NCBI RefSeq assembly: GCF_009914755.1
Contig: NC_060942.1
Reading direction: 5' to 3' (one strand)
DNA length: 64,000 nucleotides
From: the human T2T-CHM13v2.0 reference genome, Homo sapiens
The translations under genes were made by a program, and so were the position numbers. Each line of letters begins with the position of its first letter. Position 1 is the first letter of the stretch. The notes under the pieces are model-generated. The model saw only the letters and a list, made by a program, of their open reading frames with translations, did no database searches and was not told the origin of the DNA. Positions 1 to 10,800 of this stretch are shown one piece after another.

Positions 1-154
1 ATATCTTCCCATAACAACTAGACAGAAGCATTCTCAGAAACTTATTTGAGATGTGTGTACTCAACTAAGAGAATTGAACCACCGTTTTGAAGGAGCAGTT
101 TTGAAACTCTCTTTTTCTGGAATCTGCAAGTGGATATTTGGCTAGCTTTGGGGA

Positions 155-171
155 TTTCGCTGGAAGCGGGA
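155..171 (+). promoter_or_regulatory. CENP-B box, monomer 1 (repeated in each HOR copy)
   Basis: TTTCGCTGGAAGCGGGA fits the core NTTCGNNNNANNCGGGN. Confidence 0.9.
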
Positions 172-320
172 ATACATATAAAAAGCACACAGCAGCGTTC
201 TGAGAAACTGCTTTCTGATGTTTGCATTCAAGTCAAAAGTTGAACACTCCCTTTCATAGAGCAGTCCTGAAACACCCCTTTGGTAGTATCTGGAACTGGA
301 CTTTTGGAGCGATTTCAGGG

Positions 321-337
321 CTAAGGTGAAAAAGGAA
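321..337 (+). promoter_or_regulatory. pJ-alpha-type (A-box) motif, monomer 2
   Basis: CTAAGGTGAAAAAGGAA lies at the position occupied by the CENP-B box in B monomers and is close to the A-type consensus CTAYGGTGRAAAAGGAA. Confidence 0.7.
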
Positions 338-491
338 ATATCTTCCCATAAAAACTGGACAGAAGCATTCTCAGAAACTTGTTTATGCTGTATCTACTCA
401 ACTAACAAAGTTGAACCTTTCTTTTGATAGAGCAGTTTTGAAATGGTCTTTTTGTGGAATCTGCAAGTGGATATTTGGCTAGTTTTGAGGA

Positions 492-508
492 TTTCGTTGG
501 AAGCGGGA
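492..508 (+). promoter_or_regulatory. CENP-B box, monomer 3 (overlaps EcoRI site 507-512)
   Basis: TTTCGTTGGAAGCGGGA; all 9 core bases intact. Confidence 0.93.
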
Positions 509-829
509 ATTCATACAAATTGCAGACTGCAGCGTTCTGAGAAACATCTTTGTGATGTTTGTATTCAGGACACAGAGTTGAACATTCCCTATCATAGAGC
601 AGGTTGGAATCACTCCTTTTGTAGTATCTGGAAGTGGACATTTGGAGCGCTTTCAGGCCTATTTTGGAAAGGGAAATATCTTCCCGTAACAACTATGCAG
701 AAGCATTCTCAGAAACTTGTTTGTGATGTGTGCCCTCTACTGACAGAGTTGAACCTTTCTTTTCATAGAGCAGTTTTGAAACACTCTTTTTGTAGAATCT
801 GCAAGAGGATATTTGCATAGCTTTGAGGA

Positions 830-846
830 TTTCGTGGGAAACGGGA
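830..846 (+). promoter_or_regulatory. CENP-B box, monomer 5
   Basis: TTTCGTGGGAAACGGGA; core intact. Confidence 0.9.
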
Positions 847-1171
847 TTGTCTTCAGGTAAAATCTAGACAGAAGCATTCTCAGAAACTTCTTTGGGATGT
901 TTGCATTCAAGTCACAGAGTAGAACATTCCCTTTGGTAGAGCAGGTTTGAAACACTCTTTTTGTAGTATCTGGAAGTGGACATTTGGAGCGCTTTCAGGC
1001 CCATGTTGGAAAGGGAAATATCTTCCCGTAACAACTAGGCAGAAGCATTCTCAGAAACTTATTTGAGATGTGTGTACTCAACTAAGAGAATTGAACCACC
1101 GTTTTGAAGGAGCAGTTTTGAAACACTCTTTTTCTGGAATCTGCAAGAGTATATTTGCCTAGCCTTGAGGA

Positions 1172-1188
1172 TTTCGTTGGAAACGGGA
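1172..1188 (+). promoter_or_regulatory. CENP-B box, monomer 7 (canonical)
   Basis: TTTCGTTGGAAACGGGA. Confidence 0.95.
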
Positions 1189-1513
1189 TTGTCTTCAGAG
1201 AAAATCTAGACAGAAGCATTCTCAGAAACTTCTTTGGGATGCTTGCATTCAAGTCACAGAGTAGAACATTCCCTTTGGTAGAGCAGGTTTGAAACACTCT
1301 TTTTGTAGTATCTGGAAGTGGACATTTGGAGCGCTTTCAGGCCTACGTTGGAAAAGGAAATATCTTCCCATAACAACTAGACAGAAGCATTCTCAGAAAC
1401 TAGTTTCTGATGTGTGTCCTCAACTAACACAGTTGAACATTTCTTTAGACAGAACAGTTTTGAAACACTCTTTTTGTGGAATCTGCAAGTGGCTATTTGG
1501 CTAGATTTGAGGA

Positions 1514-1530
1514 TTTCGTTGGAAACGGGA
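1514..1530 (+). promoter_or_regulatory. CENP-B box, monomer 9 (canonical)
   Basis: TTTCGTTGGAAACGGGA. Confidence 0.95.
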
Positions 1531-1680
1531 TTACATATAAAAAGCAGTCAGCAGCATTCTCAGAAAGTTCTTTGTGATGATTGCATTCAAGTCACAGAAT
1601 TGAACATTCCCTTTCACAGAGCAGGTTTGAAACACTCTTTTTGTAGTGTGTGTAAGTGGACATTTGGAGCACTTACCGGC

Positions 1681-1697
1681 CTAAGGTGAAAAAGGAA
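1681..1697 (+). promoter_or_regulatory. pJ-alpha-type (A-box) motif, monomer 10
   Basis: CTAAGGTGAAAAAGGAA, identical to the monomer 2 motif. Confidence 0.7.
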
Positions 1698-1852
1698 ATA
1701 ATCTTCCCATAAAAACTAGACAGAAGCATTCTCAGAAACTTACTCGTGATGTGTGTCCTCAACTAAAGGAGTAGAACCTTTCTTTTCATAGAGAAGTTTT
1801 GAAACGCTCTTTTTGTGGAATCTGCAAGTGGATATTTGGCTAGTTTTGAGGA

Positions 1853-1869
1853 TTTCGTTGGAAGCGGGA
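1853..1869 (+). promoter_or_regulatory. CENP-B box, monomer 11 (overlaps EcoRI site 1868-1873)
   Basis: TTTCGTTGGAAGCGGGA; core intact. Confidence 0.93.
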
Positions 1870-4800
1870 ATTCATACAAATTGCAGACTGCAGCGTTCTG
1901 AGAAACATCTTTGTGATGTTTGTATTCAGGACACAGAGTTGAACATTCCCTATCATAGAGCAGGTTTGAATCACTCCTTTTGTAGTATCTGGAAGTGGAC
2001 ATTTGGAGCGCTTTCAGGCCTATGTTGGAAAAGGAAATATCTTCCCATAACAACTAGACAGAAGCATTCTCAGAAACTTATTTGAGATGTGTGTACTCAA
2101 CTAAGAGAATTGAACCACCGTTTTGAAGGAGCAGTTTTGAAACTCTCTTTTTCTGGAATCTGCAAGTGGATATTTGGCTAGCTTTGGGGATTTCGCTGGA
2201 AGCGGGAATACATATAAAAAGCACACAGCAGCGTTCTGAGAAACTGCTTTCTGATGTTTGCATTCAAGTCAAAAGTTGAACACTCCCTTTCATAGAGCAG
2301 TCCTGAAACACCCCTTTTGTAGTATCTGGAACTGGACTTTTGGAGCGATTTCAGGGCTAAGGTGAAAAAGGAAATATCTTCCCATAAAAACTGGACAGAA
2401 GCATTCTCAGAAACTTGTTTATGCTGTATCTACTCAACTAACAAAGTTGAACCTTTCTTTTGATAGAGCAGTTTTGAAATGGTCTTTTTGTGGAATCTGC
2501 AAGTGGATATTTGGCTAGTTTTGAGGATTTCGTTGGAAGCGGGAATTCATACAAATTGCAGACTGCAGCGTTCTGAGAAACATCTTTGTGATGTTTGTAT
2601 TCAGGACACAGAGTTGAACATTCCCTATCATAGAGCAGGTTGGAATCACTCCTTTTGTAGTATCTGGAAGTGGACATTTGGAGCGCTTTCAGGCCTATTT
2701 TGGAAAGGGAAATATCTTCCCGTAACAACTATGCAGAAGCATTCTCAGAAACTTGTTTGTGATGTGTGCCCTCTACTGACAGAGTTGAACCTTTCTTTTC
2801 ATAGAGCAGTTTTGAAACACTCTTTTTGTAGAATCTGCAAGAGGATATTTGCATAGCTTTGAGGATTTCGTGGGAAACGGGATTGTCTTCAGGTAAAATC
2901 TAGACAGAAGCATTCTCAGAAACTTCTTTGGGATGTTTGCATTCAAGTCACAGAGTAGAACATTCCCTTTGGTAGAGCAGGTTTGAAACACTCTTTTTGT
3001 AGTATCTGGAAGTGGACATTTGGAGCGCTTTCAGGCCCATGTTGGAAAGGGAAATATCTTCCCGTAACAACTAGGCAGAAGCATTCTCAGAAACTTATTT
3101 GAGATGTGTGTACTCAACTAAGAGAATTGAACCACCGTTTTGAAGGAGCAGTTTTGAAACACTCTTTTTCTGGAATCTGCAAGAGTATATTTGCCTAGCC
3201 TTCAGGATTTCGTTGGAAACGGGATTGTCTTCAGAGAAAATCTAGACAGAAGCATTCTCAGAAACTTCTTTGGGATGCTTGCATTCAAGTCACAGAGTAG
3301 AACATTCCCTTTGGTAGAGCAGGTTTGAAACACTCTTTTTTTAGTATCTGGAAGTGGACATTTGGAGCGCTTTCAGGCCTACGTTGGAAAAGGAAATATC
3401 TTCCCATAACAACTAGACAGAAGCATTCTCAGAAACTAGTTTCTGATGTGTGTCCTCAACTAACACAGTTGAACATTTCTTTAGACAGAACAGTTTTGAA
3501 ACACTCTTTTTGTGGAATCTGCAAGTGGCTATTTGGCTAGATTTGAGGATTTCGTTGGAAACGGGATTACATATAAAAAGCAGTCAGCGGCATTCTCAGA
3601 AAGTTCTTTGTGATGATTGCATTCAAGTCACAGAATTGAACATTCCCTTTCACAGAGCAGGTTTGAAACACTCTTTTTGTAGTGTGTGTAAGTGGACATT
3701 TGGAGCACTTACCGGCCTAAGGTGAAAAAGGAAATAATCTTCCCATAAAAACTAGACAGAAGCATTCTCAGAAACTTACTCGTGATGTGTGTCCTCAACT
3801 AAAGGAGTAGAACCTTTCTTTTCATAGAGAAGTTTTGAAACGCTCTTTTTGTGGAATCTGCAAGTGGATATTTGGCTAGTTTTGAGGATTTCGTTGGAAG
3901 CGGGAATTCATACAAATTGCAGACTGCAGCGTTCTGAGAAACATCTTTGTGATGTTTGTATTCAGGACACAGAGTTGAACATTCCCTATCATAGAGCAGG
4001 TTTGAATCACTCCTTTTGTAGTATCTGGAAGTGGACATTTGGAGCGCTTTCAGGCCTATGTTGGAAAAGGAAATATCTTCCCATAACAACTAGACAGAAG
4101 CATTCTCAGAAACTTATTTGAGATGTGTGTACTCAACTAAGAGAATTGAACCACCGTTTTGAAGGAGCAGTTTTGAAACTCTCTTTTTCTGGAATCTGCA
4201 AGTGGATATTTGGCTAGCTTTGGGGATTTCGCTGGAAGCGGGAATACATATAAAAAGCACACAGCAGCGTTCTGAGAAACTGCTTTCTGATGTTTGCATT
4301 CAAGTCAAAAGTTGAACACTCCCTTTCATAGAGCAGTCCTGAAACACCCCTTTGGTAGTATCTGGAACTGGACTTTTGGAGCGATTTCAGGGCTAAGGTG
4401 AAAAAGGAAATATCTTCCCATAAAAACTGGACAGAAGCATTCTCAGAAACTTGTTTATGCTGTATCTACTCAACTAACAAAGTTGAACCTTTCTTTTGAT
4501 AGAGCAGTTTTGAAATGGTCTTTTTGTGGAATCTGCAAGTGGATATTTGGCTAGTTTTGAGGATTTCGTTGGAAGCGGGAATTCATACAAATTGCAGACT
4601 GCAGCGTTCTGAGAAACATCTTTGTGATGTTTGTATTCAGGACACAGAGTTGAACATTCCCTATCATAGAGCAGGTTGGAATCACTCCTTTTGTAGTATC
4701 TGGAAGTGGACATTTGGAGCGCTTTCAGGCCTATTTTGGAAAGGGAAATATCTTCCCGTAACAACTATGCAGAAGCATTCTCAGAAACTTGTTTGTGATG

Positions 4801-7800
4801 TGTGCCCTCTACTGACAGAGTTGAACCTTTCTTTTCATAGAGCAGTTTTGAAACACTCTTTTTGTAGAATCTGCAAGAGGATATTTGCATAGCTTTGAGG
4901 ATTTCGTGGGAAACGGGATTGTCTTCAGGTAAAATCTAGACAGAAGCATTCTCAGAAACTTCTTTGGGATGTTTGCATTCAAGTCACAGAGTAGAACATT
5001 CCCTTTGGTAGAGCAGGTTTGAAACACTCTTTTTGTAGTATCTGGAAGTGGACATTTGGAGCGCTTTCAGGCCCATGTTGGAAAGGGAAATATCTTCCCG
5101 TAACAACTAGGCAGAAGCATTCTCAGAAACTTATTTGAGATGTGTGTACTCAACTAAGAGAATTGAACCACCGTTTTGAAGGAGCAGTTTTGAAACACTC
5201 TTTTTCTGGAATCTGCAAGAGTATATTTGCCTAGCCTTGAGGATTTCGTTGGAAACGGGATTGTCTTCAGAGAAAATCTAGACAGAAGCATTCTCAGAAA
5301 CTTCTTTGGGATGCTTGCATTCAAGTCACAGAGTAGAACATTCCCTTTGGTAGAGCAGGTTTGAAACACTCTTTTTTTAGTATCTGGAAGTGGACATTTG
5401 GAGCGCTTTCAGGCCTACGTTGGAAAAGGAAATATCTTCCCATAACAACTAGACAGAAGCATTCTCAGAAACTAGTTTCTGATGTGTGTCCTCAACTAAC
5501 ACAGTTGAACATTTCTTTAGACAGAACAGTTTTGAAACACTCTTTTTCTGGAATCTGCAAGTGGCTATTTGGCTAGATTTGAGGATTTCGTTGGAAACGG
5601 GATTACATATAAAAAGCAGTCAGCGGCATTCTCAGAAAGTTCTTTGTGATGATTGCATTCAAGTCACAGAATTGAACATTCCCTTTCACAGAGCAGGTTT
5701 GAAACACTCTTTTTGTAGTGTGTGTAAGTGGACATTTGGAGCACTTACCGGCCTAAGGTGAAAAAGGAAATAATCTTCCCATAAAAACTAGACAGAAGCA
5801 TTCTCAGAAACTTACTCGTGATGTGTGTCCTCAACTAAAGGAGTAGAACCTTTCTTTTCATAGAGAAGTTTTGAAACGCTCTTTTTGTGGAATCTGCAAG
5901 TGGATATTTGGCTAGTTTTGAGGATTTCGTTGGAAGCGGGAATTCATACAAATTGCAGACTGCAGCGTTCTGAGAAACATCTTTGTGATGTTTGTATTCA
6001 GGACACAGAGTTGAACATTCCCTATCATAGAGCAGGTTTGAATCACTCCTTTTGTAGTATCTGGAAGTGGACATTTGGAGCGCTTTCAGGCCTATGTTGG
6101 AAAAGGAAATATCTTCCCATAACAACTAGACAGAAGCATTCTCAGAAACTTATTTGAGATGTGTGTACTCAACTAAGAGAATTGAACCACCGTTTTGAAG
6201 GAGCAGTTTTGAAACTCTCTTTTTCTGGAATCTGCAAGTGGATATTTGGCTAGCTTTGGGGATTTCGCTGGAAGCGGGAATACATATAAAAAGCACACAG
6301 CAGCGTTCTGAGAAACTGCTTTCTGATGTTTGCATTCAAGTCAAAAGTTGAACACTCCCTTTCATAGAGCAGTCCTGAAACACCCCTTTGGTAGTATCTG
6401 GAACTGGACTTTTGGAGCGATTTCAGGGCTAAGGTGAAAAAGGAAATATCTTCCCATAAAAACTGGACAGAAGCATTCTCAGAAACTTGTTTATGCTGTA
6501 TCTACTCAACTAACAAAGTTGAACCTTTCTTTTGATAGAGCAGTTTTGAAATGGTCTTTTTGTGGAATCTGCAAGTGGATATTTGGCTAGTTTTGAGGAT
6601 TTCGTTGGAAGCGGGAATTCATACAAATTGCAGACTGCAGCGTTCTGAGAAACATCTTTGTGATGTTTGTATTCAGGACACAGAGTTGAACATTCCCTAT
6701 CATAGAGCAGGTTGGAATCACTCCTTTTGTAGTATCTGGAAGTGGACATTTGGAGCGCTTTCAGGCCTATTTTGGAAAGGGAAATATCTTCCCGTAACAA
6801 CTATGCAGAAGCATTCTCAGAAACTTGTTTGTGATGTGTGCCCTCTACTGACAGAGTTGAACCTTTCTTTTCATAGAGCAGTTTTGAAACACTCTTTTTG
6901 TAGAATCTGCAAGAGGATATTTGCATAGCTTTGAGGATTTCGTGGGAAACGGGATTGTCTTCAGGTAAAATCTAGACAGAAGCATTCTCAGAAACTTCTT
7001 TGGGATGTTTGCATTCAAGTCACAGAGTAGAACATTCCCTTTGGTAGAGCAGGTTTGAAACACTCTTTTTGTAGTATCTGGAAGTGGACATTTGGAGCGC
7101 TTTCAGGCCCATGTTGGAAAGGGAAATATCTTCCCGTAACAACTAGGCAGAAGCATTCTCAGAAACTTATTTGAGATGTGTGTACTCAACTAAGAGAATT
7201 GAACCACCGTTTTGAAGGAGCAGTTTTGAAACACTCTTTTTCTGGAATCTGCAAGAGTATATTTGCCTAGCCTTGAGGATTTCGTTGGAAACGGGATTGT
7301 CTTCAGAGAAAATCTAGACAGAAGCATTCTCAGAAACTTCTTTGGGATGCTTGCATTCAAGTCACAGAGTAGAACATTCCCTTTGGTAGAGCAGGTTTGA
7401 AACACTCTTTTTGTAGTATCTGGAAGTGGACATTTGGAGCGCTTTCAGGCCTACGTTGGAAAAGGAAATATCTTCCCATAACAACTAGACAGAAGCATTC
7501 TCAGAAACTAGTTTCTGATGTGTGTCCTCAACTAACACAGTTGAACATTTCTTTAGACAGAACAGTTTTGAAACACTCTTTTTGTGGAATCTGCAAGTGG
7601 CTATTTGGCTAGATTTGAGGATTTCGTTGGAAACGGGATTACATATAAAAAGCAGTCAGCGGCATTCTCAGAAAGTTCTTTGTGATGATTGCATTCAAGT
7701 CACAGAATTGAACATTCCCTTTCACAGAGCAGGTTTGAAACACTCTTTTTGTAGTGTGTGTAAGTGGACATTTGGAGCACTTACCGGCCTAAGGTGAAAA

Positions 7801-10800
7801 AGGAAATAATCTTCCCATAAAAACTAGACAGAAGCATTCTCAGAAACTTACTCGTGATGTGTGTCCTCAACTAAAGGAGTAGAACCTTTCTTTTCATAGA
7901 GAAGTTTTGAAACGCTCTTTTTGTGGAATCTGCAAGTGGATATTTGGCTAGTTTTGAGGATTTCGTTGGAAGCGGGAATTCATACAAATTGCAGACTGCA
8001 GCGTTCTGAGAAACATCTTTGTGATGTTTGTATTCAGGACACAGAGTTGAACATTCCCTATCATAGAGCAGGTTGGAATCACTCCTTTTGTAGTATCTGG
8101 AAGTGGACATTTGGAGCGCTTTCAGGCCTATGTTGGAAAAGGAAATATCTTCCCATAACAACTAGACAGAAGCATTCTCAGAAACTTATTTGAGATGTGT
8201 GTACTCAACTAAGAGAATTGAACCACCGTTTTGAAGGAGCAGTTTTGAAACTCTCTTTTTCTGGAATCTGCAAGTGGATATTTGGCTAGCTTTGGGGATT
8301 TCGCTGGAAGCGGGAATACATATAAAAAGCACACAGCAGCGTTCTGAGAAACTGCTTTCTGATGTTTGCATTCAAGTCAAAAGTTGAACACTCCCTTTCA
8401 TAGAGCAGTCCTGAAACACCCCTTTTGTAGTATCTGGAACTGGACTTTTGGAGCGATTTCAGGGCTAAGGTGAAAAAGGAAATATCTTCCCATAAAAACT
8501 GGACAGAAGCATTCTCAGAAACTTGTTTATGCTGTATCTACTCAACTAACAAAGTTGAACCTTTCTTTTGATAGAGCAGTTTTGAAATGGTCTTTTTGTG
8601 GAATCTGCAAGTGGATATTTGGCTAGTTTTGAGGATTTCGTTGGAAGCGGGAATTCATACAAATTGCAGACTGCAGCGTTCTGAGAAACATCTTTGTGAT
8701 GTTTGTATTCAGGACACAGAGTTGAACATTCCCTATCATAGAGCAGGTTGGAATCACTCCTTTTGTAGTATCTGGAAGTGGACATTTGGAGCGCTTTCAG
8801 GCCTATTTTGGAAAGGGAAATATCTTCCCGTAACAACTATGCAGAAGCATTCTCAGAAACTTGTTTGTGATGTGTGCCCTCTACTGACAGAGTTGAACCT
8901 TTCTTTTCATAGAGCAGTTTTGAAACACTCTTTTTGTAGAATCTGCAAGAGGATATTTGCATAGCTTTGAGGATTTCGTGGGAAACGGGATTGTCTTCAG
9001 GTAAAATCTAGACAGAAGCATTCTCAGAAACTTCTTTGGGATGTTTGCATTCAAGTCACAGAGTAGAACATTCCCTTTGGTAGAGCAGGTTTGAAACACT
9101 CTTTTTGTAGTATCTGGAAGTGGACATTTGGAGCGCTTTCAGGCCCATGTTGGAAAGGGAAATATCTTCCCGTAACAACTAGGCAGAAGCATTCTCAGAA
9201 ACTTATTTGAGATGTGTGTACTCAACTAAGAGAATTGAACCACCGTTTTGAAGGAGCAGTTTTGAAACACTCTTTTTCTGGAATCTGCAAGAGTATATTT
9301 GCCTAGCCTTCAGGATTTCGTTGGAAACGGGATTGTCTTCAGAGAAAATCTAGACAGAAGCATTCTCAGAAACTTCTTTGGGATGCTTGCATTCAAGTCA
9401 CAGAGTAGAACATTCCCTTTGGTAGAGCAGGTTTGAAACACTCTTTTTTTAGTATCTGGAAGTGGACATTTGGAGCGCTTTCAGGCCTACGTTGGAAAAG
9501 GAAATATCTTCCCATAACAACTAGACAGAAGCATTCTCAGAAACTAGTTTCTGATGTGTGTCCTCAACTAACACAGTTGAACATTTCTTTAGACAGAACA
9601 GTTTTGAAACACTCTTTTTGTGGAATCTGCAAGTGGCTATTTGGCTAGATTTGAGGATTTCGTTGGAAACGGGATTACATATAAAAAGCAGTCAGCGGCA
9701 TTCTCAGAAAGTTCTTTGTGATGATTGCATTCAAGTCACAGAATTGAACATTCCCTTTCACAGAGCAGGTTTGAAACACTCTTTTTGTAGTGTGTGTAAG
9801 TGGACATTTGGAGCACTTACCGGCCTAAGGTGAAAAAGGAAATAATCTTCCCATAAAAACTAGACAGAAGCATTCTCAGAAACTTACTCGTGATGTGTGT
9901 CCTCAACTAAAGGAGTAGAACCTTTCTTTTCATAGAGAAGTTTTGAAACGCTCTTTTTGTGGAATCTGCAAGTGGATATTTGGCTAGTTTTGAGGATTTC
10001 GTTGGAAGCGGGAATTCATACAAATTGCAGACTGCAGCGTTCTGAGAAACATCTTTGTGATGTTTGTATTCAGGACACAGAGTTGAACATTCCCTATCAT
10101 AGAGCAGGTTGGAATCACTCCTTTTGTAGTATCTGGAAGTGGACATTTGGAGCGCTTTCAGGCCTATGTTGGAAAAGGAAATATCTTCCCATAACAACTA
10201 GACAGAAGCATTCTCAGAAACTTATTTGAGATGTGTGTACTCAACTAAGAGAATTGAACCACCGTTTTGAAGGAGCAGTTTTGAAACTCTCTTTTTCTGG
10301 AATCTGCAAGTGGATATTTGGCTAGCTTTGGGGATTTCGCTGGAAGCGGGAATACATATAAAAAGCACACAGCAGCGTTCTGAGAAACTGCTTTCTGATG
10401 TTTGCATTCAAGTCAAAAGTTGAACACTCCCTTTCATAGAGCAGTCCTGAAACACCCCTTTGGTAGTATCTGGAACTGGACTTTTGGAGCGATTTCAGGG
10501 CTAAGGTGAAAAAGGAAATATCTTCCCATAAAAACTGGACAGAAGCATTCTCAGAAACTTGTTTATGCTGTATCTACTCAACTAACAAAGTTGAACCTTT
10601 CTTTTGATAGAGCAGTTTTGAAATGGTCTTTTTGTGGAATCTGCAAGTGGATATTTGGCTAGTTTTGAGGATTTCGTTGGAAGCGGGAATTCATACAAAT
10701 TGCAGACTGCAGCGTTCTGAGAAACATCTTTGTGATGTTTGTATTCAGGACACAGAGTTGAACATTCCCTATCATAGAGCAGGTTGGAATCACTCCTTTT

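Larger units (their letters stand above)
29..2064 (+). repeat. Reference HOR unit (copy 1): 12 monomers m1-m12
   Basis: Monomer starts 29, 196, 366, 533, 704, 875, 1046, 1217, 1388, 1555, 1727, 1894. Lengths 167, 170, 167, 171, 171, 171, 171, 171, 167, 172, 167, 171, summing to 2036. Odd monomers carry CENP-B boxes; even monomers do not. Confidence 0.95.

Noticed and set aside
31-39. TTCTCAGAA / TTCTGAGAA dyad at each monomer start resembling a STAT GAS site (TTCNNNGAA)
   Set aside because: It is part of the general alpha-satellite consensus, not specific to this locus, and binding cannot be inferred from a 9-bp match.
177-184. TATAAAAA TATA-like motif just after the CENP-B box in monomers 1 and 9
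   Set aside because: An AT-rich monomer-end sequence with no other promoter evidence. Alpha-satellite transcription exists, but start sites cannot be assigned from sequence.
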